DNA from: an uncultured Planctomycetia bacterium
Lineage (GTDB): Bacteria > Omnitrophota > Gorgyraeia > 1-14-0-20-64-10
Assembly: GCA_964597545.1 (NCBI GenBank)
Contig: CAZQXN010000011.1
Span: 1-60,268 of the forward strand
Length of the DNA stretch: 60,268 nucleotides
Direction of reading: 5' to 3'
Part shown: positions 16,214 through 24,719 of the stretch, one piece after another
Layout of the letters: each line of letters starts with the position of its first letter
Numbering within the stretch: position 1 is the stretch's first letter
Notes under the pieces: generated by a model
What the model was told of the DNA's origin: nothing
The model's database searches: none
The model's input: the letters and a program-made list of their open reading frames with translations, nothing else
Made by a program: the position numbers and the translations under genes

Positions 16214-16238
16214 AATCGGTACCGTAGAATCGGTACCG
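16197..16238 (+). repeat. Three perfect tandem copies of a 14-mer (TAGAATCGGTACCG) spanning the lpxB stop codon
   Basis: tagaatcggtaccg x3. Copy 1 encodes the last lpxB residues (L)ESVP. The TAG of copy 2 is the stop codon. Confidence 0.95.
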
Positions 16239-16283
16239 GGTACACTTATTAACAACGCCTGTTTAAATGTGTACCCGGTACCG
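16231..16283. repeat. 15-bp perfect inverted repeat (CGGTACCGGGTACAC-N23-GTGTACCCGGTACCG) between convergent lpxB and glnA
   Basis: Arms at 16231-16245 and 16269-16283. No U-tract on either side, so it is not a classical intrinsic terminator. Confidence 0.85.
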
Positions 16284-16293
16284 GGGTTAGGGG

Positions 16294-17643
16294 TTACAGC
16301 ACCGAGAGGTAGGTCTTCTTTTCGAAGTCGGTCACGCTTGAGCAGAACCGTTCCCATTCAATCCGCTTATTGTTGATAAACGAATCGAAGGCGTGATCCC
16401 CCAGCGTACGGCGCAGCAAACCAGAGTGCTGAGCCGCCTCAATCGCCTCTCCCAAATCTCGAGGCAGCATCTTAACCCCGCGCTGAGTTCGCTCTTTGTC
16501 TGAAAGAGCAAAAACATTAGTCTCTGTCGCCGGAGGAAGTTTTGGAGCGCCCTTGCCTTTAAGCCCATCCAGCCCTGCCGCCAAAATAGCGGCAAAGGCC
16601 AAATAGGGATTGCAAGCTGGATCTGGTGATCTCAACTCCAGGCGGAAGGCCGACTCCTTGCCTGGCTTGGTCCGCGGAATCCGGACGAGATCCGACCGGT
16701 TGGTCAACGCCCAGGTAATGTAGACGGGTGCCTCAAAACCCGGCGTCAACCGCTTGTAGGAGTTCACCCACTGGTTGGTCACCGCGGTAAATTCCTGGAC
16801 ATGATCCAATACCCCTGCCAGGAAACCCTTACCTACCCCAGAGAGGTGATGCGGATCCTTGGGGTCGAAAAAGGCGTTCTTCTCTCCCTTAAAAAGAGAG
16901 ATGTTGACATGCATTCCGGAGCCATTCTGATCTGAGATGGGCTTGGGCATAAAGGTGGCATGGACTCCGTGGCGCAGGGCGATCTCCTTGACCACCAGCC
17001 GGTAGGTCATCACGTTATCGGCCATGGTCAAGGCATCCGTGTAGCGGAAATCAATCTCATGCTGGGAATGGGCCACCTCGTGATGGCTAAACTCAATGCC
17101 TACACCCAGCTCCTCCATGGCCAGAATGGTCTCCCGGCGCATGTCGCTGGCCAGATCCATGGGGGTTAAGTCGAAGTACCCTCCGGTATCTAGCGGCTTG
17201 GGATCCTCTGCCGAGGTGAAGTAGAAAAACTCCAGCTCCGGCCCCACATAGAAGGTGTAACCCAGCTTAGCGGCACGCTTAAGGTTCTGTTTTAAGATGT
17301 AGCGGGGATCTCCCTCAAAGGGTTTTCCTCCGGGCTTGACGATATCGCAGAACATCCGGGCAACCGAATGCTCCGTCGGCCGCCACGGCAAAATGACAAA
17401 GGTGTTGGGGTCGGGCATCGCCACCATGTCCGACTCCTCGACACGGGTGAAGCCCTCAACCGAGGAACCGTCGAAGCCGACCCCCTCCACCAGCGCCTGC
17501 TCAAGCTCCTCAACGGTGATGGCGACATTCTTCAAAAACCCCAAGATGTCGGTAAACCAGAGCCGAATGAACTTCACACCCTGATCGCGGGCAGACTTTA
17601 AAACATATTCCTTGTCCTTGCGAAAGGTCTTCTTCTCTCTCAT
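16294..17643 (-). CDS. glnA: Glutamine synthetase, type I (shorter paralogue)
   Basis: FDGSSVEGF, GPELEFFYF, HHEVAHSQHEIDF, QNGSGMHVNISL and NSYKRL. The start is taken at MREKKTF (17643), because the longer ORF would overlap the upstream GS gene. Confidence 0.9.
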   Translation of the reverse strand: MREKKTFRKDKEYVLKSARDQGVKFIRLWFTDILGFLKNVAITVEELEQALVEGVGFDGSSVEGFTRVEESDMVAMPDPNTFVILPWRPTEHSVARMFCDIVKPGGKPFEGDPRYILKQNLKRAAKLGYTFYVGPELEFFYFTSAEDPKPLDTGGYFDLTPMDLASDMRRETILAMEELGVGIEFSHHEVAHSQHEIDFRYTDALTMADNVMTYRLVVKEIALRHGVHATFMPKPISDQNGSGMHVNISLFKGEKNAFFDPKDPHHLSGVGKGFLAGVLDHVQEFTAVTNQWVNSYKRLTPGFEAPVYITWALTNRSDLVRIPRTKPGKESAFRLELRSPDPACNPYLAFAAILAAGLDGLKGKGAPKLPPATETNVFALSDKERTQRGVKMLPRDLGEAIEAAQHSGLLRRTLGDHAFDSFINNKRIEWERFCSSVTDFEKKTYLSVL

Positions 17644-17656
17644 GGGTCGCTCTCCT

Positions 17657-19204
17657 TTAAACGTCGAAGTACAGCTGGAACTCCCAGGGGTGGGGCCGGA
17701 GTCGCACGGCATCTACTTCGCGCGTCCGCTTGTACTCAAGCCAGGTATCAATAACATCCTGGGTAAAGACACCCCCTTTCAACAGAAAGGCATGATCCTT
17801 CTCCAAAGCATCCAGGGCACGCCTCAAGGAACCGGGGACCTTCGGGATCTTGGACAGCTCCGAGGGCTTCAACTCAAACAGATCCTTCTCCAGCGGCTCT
17901 CCCGGCTCAATGCGGTTCTGGATACCGTCTAAGCCCGCCATCAACAATGCTGCAAAGGCAATATACGGGTTGGCCGCGGGATCCGGAGGACGGAACTCAA
18001 TCCGCTTGGACCTAGGATTCGTCGAGTAGACCGGAATCCGGATGGCCGCTGAGCGGTTCCTCTGGCTGTAAACCAGGTTCACCGGCGCCTCAAACCCAGG
18101 CACCAACCGCTTGTAGGAGTTGGTGGTGGGCGCGCAGAAGGCCATCAAGGCCCGACCGTGCTTGATGAGGCCGCCTATGTACCAACGGCAGATCTGGGAG
18201 ATCAACCCATACCCCTTGGCATCGTAGAAGAGGGGCTTGTCCCCGTTCCACAGCGACTGATGGGTGTGCATGCCGGAACCATTGTCGTTGAACAGGGGCT
18301 TGGGCATGAAGCTGGCAACCAAGTTGTGGGCCCGAGCCATGTTTTTTACGATGTACTTGTACAGCATCACCCTGTCCGCCACGCGAACGAGGCTGTCGAA
18401 CTTCATGTCGATCTCACACTGGCCGGCGGTCGCCACCTCGTGGTGGTGAACCTCGATGGGAATCCCCGCCCGCATAAGTTTTAAGGTGATGCGGCTTCGG
18501 ATATCCTGCAGGGAGTCGTGCGGCGGCACCGGAAAATAGCCCTCCTTGAACCTCGGCTTGTAGCCTAAGTTCGGCTTCTCGTCCCGGCCGGTGTTCCACT
18601 CCCCCTCCATGGAATCGAGGTAATAGTAACCGGACTGCTCGTTTTGGTCGTAGCGAACGTCGTTGAAAAGGAAGAATTCGCACTCCGGACCGAAGTAGCA
18701 GTCGGTAGCGATCCCCGTAGCCCTGAGATAGTCTTCGGCCTTCTTGGCGATGTAGCGGGGATCCCGGGAATAAGGCTTGCGGGTCAGTGGATCGTAGATG
18801 TCGCAGACAACCGACGCTGTCGGTGTCTCGCAGGCAGGATCCACAATGACGGTCGTGGGATCCGGAATCAAGATCATGTCCGACTCATTGATCTTCTGGA
18901 AACCCCGAATCGAAGAGCCGTCAAACCCGATGCCGTCCACCCAGATGGAGGTGACCAAATCATCCATGTGGGTCATCTCTGAAACCGGGATGGTGAAGTG
19001 CTGCCACAGGCCGGGAAGATCGTTGAATTTCAAATCAACCATCTCGATCCGGTTGTCCTTAAGGATCTTGACCGCCTTGCGCACATCATCCTCATCGACC
19101 CGGATGTGGCCGACGGTGTCATTGGCGCGGACCGCGCGCGGCGCTGCGCGCGCAGGTAATTTCTTCGGATCTGTCTTGACCTTCCTTTTGGCCATCGCCT
19201 TCAT
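17657..19204 (-). CDS. glnA: Glutamine synthetase, type I (longer paralogue with a basic N-terminal extension)
   Basis: FDGSSIRGF, GPECEFFLF, HHHEVATAGQCEIDMKF, NGSGMHTHQSLW and NSYKRLVPGFEAP. The position matching the E. coli adenylylation Tyr reads KDLFEL (Phe). The start could instead be the second Met (19195). Confidence 0.9.
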   Translation of the reverse strand: MKAMAKRKVKTDPKKLPARAAPRAVRANDTVGHIRVDEDDVRKAVKILKDNRIEMVDLKFNDLPGLWQHFTIPVSEMTHMDDLVTSIWVDGIGFDGSSIRGFQKINESDMILIPDPTTVIVDPACETPTASVVCDIYDPLTRKPYSRDPRYIAKKAEDYLRATGIATDCYFGPECEFFLFNDVRYDQNEQSGYYYLDSMEGEWNTGRDEKPNLGYKPRFKEGYFPVPPHDSLQDIRSRITLKLMRAGIPIEVHHHEVATAGQCEIDMKFDSLVRVADRVMLYKYIVKNMARAHNLVASFMPKPLFNDNGSGMHTHQSLWNGDKPLFYDAKGYGLISQICRWYIGGLIKHGRALMAFCAPTTNSYKRLVPGFEAPVNLVYSQRNRSAAIRIPVYSTNPRSKRIEFRPPDPAANPYIAFAALLMAGLDGIQNRIEPGEPLEKDLFELKPSELSKIPKVPGSLRRALDALEKDHAFLLKGGVFTQDVIDTWLEYKRTREVDAVRLRPHPWEFQLYFDV

Positions 19205-19285
19205 GCCTCCAAGTGGTTGTATGCGGCTAGTATGGGATGCGGCAGTTACTGGCAGATTACAGAAATGTTAAATCTGGATTACAGG

Positions 19286-19339
19286 ACAAAAATGGGGACG
19301 GTCCATAAAGGGACACACCACCTCATATGGACTGTCCCC
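19286..19339 (-). terminator. Intrinsic terminator downstream of the secretin gene (end of the T2SS-like operon)
   Basis: Reverse-strand RNA GGGGACAGUCCAUA-18 nt loop-UAUGGACCGUCCCC (13 bp plus one A.C mismatch), followed by AUUUUUGU. Confidence 0.6.
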
Positions 19340-19353
19340 AAATGGAACGTCCC
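19294..19353 (-). repeat. Roughly 60-nt GGGAC-rich repeat element, copy 1
   Basis: The reverse complement gggacgttccatttggggacagtccatatgaggtggtgtgtccctttatggaccgtcccc aligns with 58153-58211 read on the plus strand. The first 21 nt and ggtgtgtccctttatg are identical. Confidence 0.8.
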
Positions 19354-19357
19354 TAGG

Positions 19358-21415
19358 TTATTCGCCGTACTGGATGGGGATCTTAAAGGTCTTGGGTTCC
19401 TGGGTGAGGCGATCAGGAAAAGGAGGATATGGAGAAGCCTGTCGGACTGCCCGTATGGCCAGGCTGTTGAGGCGATTATTCCCGCTTTCGGCCACCTTCA
19501 CCCGTCCTTGGAGGCGGCCATCGGGCCTCAAGGTGAAGAGCAGCGCTACTGTTCCACTGACCCTGGGCGGCACCTTCTGCGCTGAGACAGCAGTTTGGAT
19601 CTTGTTGCGCAATTGAAGGAAGTAGCTGTCCATGCCTGCCGGCTTACGCTGTGCTGTGCGCATCGGCCCTGCGGGTTCAGGAGCCGCTTGTCTTGGGGGC
19701 AAAGCACGCGCACGCTCAACTCTACTTTCTGTGGCCCGCTTGGGCTGAATGTTGCTGATCGGTCGAGGCGCAATGGCTCTGGGCTTACGCGCAGCGGCGG
19801 GAGCAGGTTGCTGGACATGCGGCCGGGTCACCACCGGCAGGGTCGGTACCCGCTCAGTCGGAGTAAACTCACCCCGGCGGCCTGAAACCGTGCGGGCGGT
19901 CATAAAGACCACGGTCTCGGTCTTCTCGGTCTCCTCGTCACTGGAGCGGAAGAGGTAGCCCAAGAGCGGAATATCTCCCAAGAAAGGAATCCGCCTGTGC
20001 GCAACCGCCTCGGTATCCTGAATGAGCCCGCCCAAGATTACGGTTCCGCCGTCCTCGAGCAGAAGCACTGTCTCGGCCTCGGCGGTCTCAACGATCGGAA
20101 TCGTGTTGCCCTCGGAAGTCAACAACTCTCCGGTCTTGGAGCTGACCTTGGGAGCCACCTTCATCTGAATGAAGCCGTCCCGCGTAATGGTGGGGGTGAC
20201 AAAGAGCTCTACCCCGACATCAATGAAGCTGACCGACTCTGAGGTTACCACGGTGGTGTCTGACTGCGACTGCGAGGTGGTGACATAAGGATCCCGGGTG
20301 GCCACCAAGAACTTGGCCTCCTGGTTGTTGGCCACCAGCACCCGGGGCTCTGAAATGATCTCAGTGTCTCCAAAGGTCCGGAGGGCCTCAATGGCAAATT
20401 GATAATCCCCGGTGTTGCTCAAAGAGGCCGTGGCGATATCTAAGGCAAGGCCCCGCGTCAGATTCAACGCCCCCAAACCTTGCAGGGTGATTTTTTCGCG
20501 CGCTAAGAGATCCCAGTCAATCCCTAATTGAAATTCATCCCCCAAGGTCACCTGAAAGATCTTAGCCTCAATCAAAACCTGGGTGGTGCGCTCATCAAAG
20601 GCCTCGACTATCCGCGCAATGGCGACCTGTTTCTCAGGGTAGTCGGTCACCACTACTTGGTTGGTCCGTTCATCCACCACCATGACCCCCATGCCCTTGG
20701 TCAGCGTCTCATCCAGCAGAGGTGCCAAATCCTTGACGGCTCCATAATTGAGGCTGAAGATCTGGGTCTCCACCGGACGATCCATGCCCTCGACAAGCCC
20801 AACCATCTCACGGACAGTGTCTGCGCTGTCCATGAGGATTAGGGTGTTGGTCGACTCATCGGCGATCACCCGGCCCAAGTTGGTCTTGATCTGCGAAAGT
20901 GCCCGGCTTAAATCCGCTGCCTTGGCATACCGGGGGGTGAGAGACTTCAAAACGCGGGCGTCCTGGAAGGGTTCTCCGTGCAGAGTCTCATAATCCCTGC
21001 GGGTCATGATGGTAAGAATCTCGCCCTTGCGTTCATAGGCCAGCTCGTTGGCCGCTAAGATCACCTCCAACGCTTCCCAGGGATCAACATCCTTCACAAA
21101 GAGGGTCACCTTGCCTGAGACATTGCGCCCCGCCACAAGATTCAAGCCGGCCTGCTCAGCTAAGATCTTGAGGACCTCAACCACATCAATTCCCTGGAGC
21201 TGAAGCGTGATCGGAGCAGTATCAGAGGCCTTCTCTGCGGCCTGCGCCTGGCAAAGAGAGCCTCCCAGGCTTAAAACCAACCCCAAAACCAACACGAGAG
21301 CAACGGTGCCCTTACATTCTGGGATCCCTCGCTTCGCTCGGGATGGAATTCGGCCAGTGAACTTACGTTCGCCTGGCTCCGTAAGTCCAGGCCTCATTTC
21401 ACATCTGAAGTTCAA
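19358..21415 (-). CDS. gspD: Secretin (GspD/PilQ family) with a Pro-rich linker and a C-terminal TonB_C-like domain
   Basis: 685 aa. Signal peptide, N0-like domain (ITLQLQGIDVVEVLKILAEQAGLNLV) and secretin core (ISEPRVLVANNQEAKF...IPFLGDIPLLGYLFR). After about 90 aa of Pro/Ala/Arg-rich linker the last 91 aa match the TonB C-terminal pattern. Confidence 0.85.
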   Translation of the reverse strand: MNFRCEMRPGLTEPGERKFTGRIPSRAKRGIPECKGTVALVLVLGLVLSLGGSLCQAQAAEKASDTAPITLQLQGIDVVEVLKILAEQAGLNLVAGRNVSGKVTLFVKDVDPWEALEVILAANELAYERKGEILTIMTRRDYETLHGEPFQDARVLKSLTPRYAKAADLSRALSQIKTNLGRVIADESTNTLILMDSADTVREMVGLVEGMDRPVETQIFSLNYGAVKDLAPLLDETLTKGMGVMVVDERTNQVVVTDYPEKQVAIARIVEAFDERTTQVLIEAKIFQVTLGDEFQLGIDWDLLAREKITLQGLGALNLTRGLALDIATASLSNTGDYQFAIEALRTFGDTEIISEPRVLVANNQEAKFLVATRDPYVTTSQSQSDTTVVTSESVSFIDVGVELFVTPTITRDGFIQMKVAPKVSSKTGELLTSEGNTIPIVETAEAETVLLLEDGGTVILGGLIQDTEAVAHRRIPFLGDIPLLGYLFRSSDEETEKTETVVFMTARTVSGRRGEFTPTERVPTLPVVTRPHVQQPAPAAARKPRAIAPRPISNIQPKRATESRVERARALPPRQAAPEPAGPMRTAQRKPAGMDSYFLQLRNKIQTAVSAQKVPPRVSGTVALLFTLRPDGRLQGRVKVAESGNNRLNSLAIRAVRQASPYPPFPDRLTQEPKTFKIPIQYGE
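19361..19633 (-). other. TonB C-terminal-like domain fused to the secretin
   Basis: ...VSGTVALLFTLRPDGRLQGRVKVAESGNNRLNSLAIRAVRQASPYPPFPDRL...FKIPIQY follows the TonB_C pattern (G-V-hydrophobic strand, DG, SG, L-aliphatic-A-A, P-F-P). Confidence 0.65.
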
Positions 21416-21884
21416 AGGTCTTCTCTCCTCGCATCAGAATAACGGTTCGCTCCTGAATTTCTTTGACCTCTGCCTCGCCGACCTGCTCCCCTTCCCTCAC
21501 CCACATGGTCTGACCGGAGTCTGAATCTTCCAAAAAGGCCCGCTTGCCCCCGGCCATGATGACCCCCTTCAAAACCCAAACCCGTTCCCGCTCTACTGTT
21601 GCAGGGGCGACAGGAGCCGGGGGTAGCTCTGTCTTGAGGGGCTCAAAGAGTGTTTCTGGAAATTCCACTGTTGGCACCGCCGGCATCGGCTTTGAGATCG
21701 GCTCCAAATCCGGCAAGAGAGGTCGAATCGGCTGCTGCAACTGCACCCCCCACTGAACCAAATCCCCGGAAACCAATACCAGCAAGACCGGCAACAGCCA
21801 AATTAGAATCCGCTGGACCGTCAGCAGGCGCCGCTGTTCCCGATCTAGGCGCAGGAGAGACTCTGTCGACGCCGGAACGCTCAT
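21399..21884 (-). CDS. Single-pass inner-membrane protein, GspC HR-domain / PilP-like secretin-coupling component
   Basis: 161 aa. One TM helix (ILIWLLPVLLVLV), a Pro-rich spacer, then WVLKGVIMAGGKRAFLEDSDSGQTMWVREGEQVGEAEVKEIQERTVILM, which is typical of PilP/GspC beta-domains. Translationally coupled to its neighbours. Confidence 0.55.
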   Translation of the reverse strand: MSVPASTESLLRLDREQRRLLTVQRILIWLLPVLLVLVSGDLVQWGVQLQQPIRPLLPDLEPISKPMPAVPTVEFPETLFEPLKTELPPAPVAPATVERERVWVLKGVIMAGGKRAFLEDSDSGQTMWVREGEQVGEAEVKEIQERTVILMRGEKTFELQM

Positions 21885-22417
21885 TCCGAGAAAACCCCCT
21901 TGGCAACAGAGATCCGAACCACACCCTGGATCCTGTCCTCCTCTGCCGGGGTTAACCGCACGCTGTCCAGATGAACCCCTGGAACGGCCTCAGGCAGCCG
22001 CTGGAGAAACTGTCCGATGGCATTCAGTGGGCCCACCACCTTGGCATCCAGCCGAACCCGTTTTGAGCGGTTCCTGCGCCCTAGGGCCTCAAGGGGCTTA
22101 AGCTCATCGATCGAAAGGCCCGAAGCTTCAGCAACCTCCTGAACGCCCTGCAGGGTGACCCAGTTTAAATCAACGGAGCCTGAGCGCAGCGCACCCAGCA
22201 GCTCACCCCTTTTGGAGTTGACCTGCTCGCCAACCTCAATCCAACCGTGCAGCCGGGAGAGTTTCCCCTTCGCCAACTGAAGCTGTCCATCCTGCTGCTG
22301 CCAGAATTGGATGCCGGCCTCAGCCAGTCGAACACCGCCGACCACCAAGCCGAACCACAGGACCGCAATGCCAACGTTCAGCCAAGGGGACCTGCCCTGC
22401 GCAGCAGCACCCTGCAT
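21881..22417 (-). CDS. GspM / PilO-like inner-membrane assembly protein
   Basis: 178 aa. An N-terminal TM helix followed by coiled-coil and ferredoxin-like regions. Assigned by its position in the operon. Sequence evidence is weak. Confidence 0.5.
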   Translation of the reverse strand: MQGAAAQGRSPWLNVGIAVLWFGLVVGGVRLAEAGIQFWQQQDGQLQLAKGKLSRLHGWIEVGEQVNSKRGELLGALRSGSVDLNWVTLQGVQEVAEASGLSIDELKPLEALGRRNRSKRVRLDAKVVGPLNAIGQFLQRLPEAVPGVHLDSVRLTPAEEDRIQGVVRISVAKGVFSE

Positions 22418-23853
22418 CAGGGAGCGATACCGCTGGGCTGAAGCTGCAGCTCAAATTCCACGATTTCTCCCTCGTCCTTTTCCCTGGTTTTGGCGGAACG
22501 CAGGAAGACCCTGTCCCAAACCGCCTTTTCTCTGAGGGTAGCTGAAAATCGGGTCACATGACGCAAATCCGGCGCCAGACCCCGAAGGGTCAAGCCCTTG
22601 TTCGCTTCCAACCCAAAGAACTGCAGGGTCATCTCGGGCTCAAGGTAACGCACCGCCTCTGTCAAAAGGGACAACTCAAGAGCATAGGCTTGGCGGGCAG
22701 CGGCAAGGGCGCGGATAGAATCAAAGGACCACTGGATGCGGTTGACCCGGGGCGTAAGAGATTGAATCTGGTATTGCACCTGCTTGAGCTGCCACCCCGT
22801 CCCGCCAATCCGAGCGCCCGCCCAAACACAAGCCAAGGCTGCCCAAATCGCAACCAACAGAACAACCCTCCCAACTCGATGAGTAAGGGCTTGATGCTTT
22901 TGGTGGAGGCGGGTTTCAACCGGCAGCAGATCCAATTCCAGCAAGCGCGGTGCCGCCACCACACCCAAGAGCTCGGTAAAGGAGATCTCAGGGGCAAACT
23001 CTTTGACGGTGACGGCAAGGGATTCTCGGAAGGGGGAGTTCTCCAGGGGGTCCACTCGACGGACAGGCAGCTCCAGCAAATGCTCCAACTGTTCAACGGT
23101 TGCCCCCCTGCCCTCGAGCCAGCCGCTCACTGTGGCATGCGCCACCTGCGGTCCGATCCGTTCTCGATGATAGGCCTGGATGGTTTCTTGGAGTCGCCCG
23201 GCCATGTCGGTGACGCTGCCCGCAAGCCCAGACACATGGCGCATGTAAATGAGGGAACCTTGATCCAATACGCCAATATCCATTCCCTCGGAGGTCAGCT
23301 CTGCAAAAAGCCAAGCCCCGGCAGGCAGCTTCTCTCCTCCCGGGCTGCAGGCCTTGTGCCACTGGCCAATTGCTTCACTGGAAACAGCGATCTCGGTGAG
23401 GTCCAATCCGGCTTGAGCGCAAATCCGCACCAGCCGCTCGACAGTCGGCCGATGGGCGGCTGCCACCAAAACGCGAGTGGCCTCTCCTGCGGGTCCCACC
23501 ACCTTGACTGAAGTGACGCATTCATCCACCGGATAGGGCAGCACACCCTCCAGTTGATAGAAGGCCATCCCTTGAAGCTCATCCAGCTTGTCGGACGGAA
23601 GGGTGAGATAGCGCGTGAGAATCTCCCGCTTAGAAAGCAGGCCCACGACCTCCCGCGAGGATTCCGGAAGATCCCTTGCCAACTCCTTAAGGGCGGAGGC
23701 CAGCGCCACTTCGCTGGCATCCTTCACCTGGCGGGACTTCATCCCCAGCAGTTTAGGGATCCCTTTGCCGGTCCATCGGGCCTGAACCAACTGCACTTGG
23801 GTTTCTGTAACGCTGACCGCGGTCACAATCTGGGCCGTTTGACTACCCTTCAT
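22417..23853 (-). CDS. GspL-like protein (PilM-type actin-like cytoplasmic domain fused to a PilN-like TM/periplasmic domain)
   Basis: 478 aa. The N-terminal roughly 300 aa are cytoplasmic, followed by one TM helix (VVLLVAIWAALACVWAGA) and a periplasmic tail. It lies between gspK and the gspM-like gene. Confidence 0.6.
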   Translation of the reverse strand: MKGSQTAQIVTAVSVTETQVQLVQARWTGKGIPKLLGMKSRQVKDASEVALASALKELARDLPESSREVVGLLSKREILTRYLTLPSDKLDELQGMAFYQLEGVLPYPVDECVTSVKVVGPAGEATRVLVAAAHRPTVERLVRICAQAGLDLTEIAVSSEAIGQWHKACSPGGEKLPAGAWLFAELTSEGMDIGVLDQGSLIYMRHVSGLAGSVTDMAGRLQETIQAYHRERIGPQVAHATVSGWLEGRGATVEQLEHLLELPVRRVDPLENSPFRESLAVTVKEFAPEISFTELLGVVAAPRLLELDLLPVETRLHQKHQALTHRVGRVVLLVAIWAALACVWAGARIGGTGWQLKQVQYQIQSLTPRVNRIQWSFDSIRALAAARQAYALELSLLTEAVRYLEPEMTLQFFGLEANKGLTLRGLAPDLRHVTRFSATLREKAVWDRVFLRSAKTREKDEGEIVEFELQLQPSGIAP

Positions 23854-24718
23854 GCCATCCTCCTATGGTCGCTTGGGCTTGGGCCGACTCCCGGTTCAAT
23901 ACTGCCCTGACCCTTTGGCGAAGCGCGTGCCGCTTACTTACCCCCTCTGCCTCAATTTGAAACCAAGAAGAAGCCACTCCAATCACGCCGGATTGGATCT
24001 CGTCTGAGAGCACAGCTCTGTCCCCTGCAGGCAGTATAACTCCAGCTGCCTCCATATCGATCAGAATTGTGCCTGTTTCCTCAAATATCCTATCATCTTC
24101 GGTTCCCAAAACACCATCACTGCCTTTTCGATACGCCCCCACCAAATCCACCCCAGTTGCAGAGATCCCAAGCGCACTTAACACCTCAGGGTACACGGTA
24201 TTGAGATTCATGGGGCCCACTCCATGCACAGTCACCAGGGGCGCAAGCGTCTCTAAGTCATCGGCAGAAAGACCAAAAACCTTCAGTTCCGCCAAATGCG
24301 CAATCGGTTTTGGCGTATCGGGATCGGTGATCCGCGCGATGAGATCGGCTGCAATCTGCGCGTCAAAACCAGGCAATGCTTGAAGGAGATCGAGATTGGC
24401 TGCATTGAGCGGAATGTGGGCTTGAAGATCAGAGATCTCGTACTGGAAGGAACCTGAGGCCAAGGAGATGGGCTCCTCAGGGGTTTCCCGCCACCAGGGT
24501 TCAGCCGGAGCGTCAAAACCAGCGGCTGTATCCAAAAGCATGCGGGCAGCAGCCGCCTGGACCGCCGTGTGAGCCAAATGCCAAGCTTGGCGTGACTCTC
24601 GAAGCCGGCCCACCCATTTGACTTCCAAAGCAACACGGGTGGCCTGCGTGATGCCGAGAATGGTCAGTACCGCCGCGCCCCACAAGCTGAGGATCAGCAC
24701 AGAGCCCCTCTGCCGCAT
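23843..24718 (-). CDS. gspK: Minor pseudopilin GspK-like
   Basis: 291 aa. MRQRGSVLILSLWGAAVLTILG is the GspK-type N-terminus (no Glu+5). Helix-hairpin-helix-like repeats follow. Confidence 0.65.
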   Translation of the reverse strand: MRQRGSVLILSLWGAAVLTILGITQATRVALEVKWVGRLRESRQAWHLAHTAVQAAAARMLLDTAAGFDAPAEPWWRETPEEPISLASGSFQYEISDLQAHIPLNAANLDLLQALPGFDAQIAADLIARITDPDTPKPIAHLAELKVFGLSADDLETLAPLVTVHGVGPMNLNTVYPEVLSALGISATGVDLVGAYRKGSDGVLGTEDDRIFEETGTILIDMEAAGVILPAGDRAVLSDEIQSGVIGVASSWFQIEAEGVSKRHALRQRVRAVLNRESAQAQATIGGWHEG

Positions 24719-24719
24719 C

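Noticed and set aside
17644-17712. N-terminal extension of the downstream GS ORF, overlapping the upstream GS gene
   Set aside because: It has no GS-like sequence and overlaps the preceding stop by 56 nt. The internal Met at 17643 gives a standard GS start.
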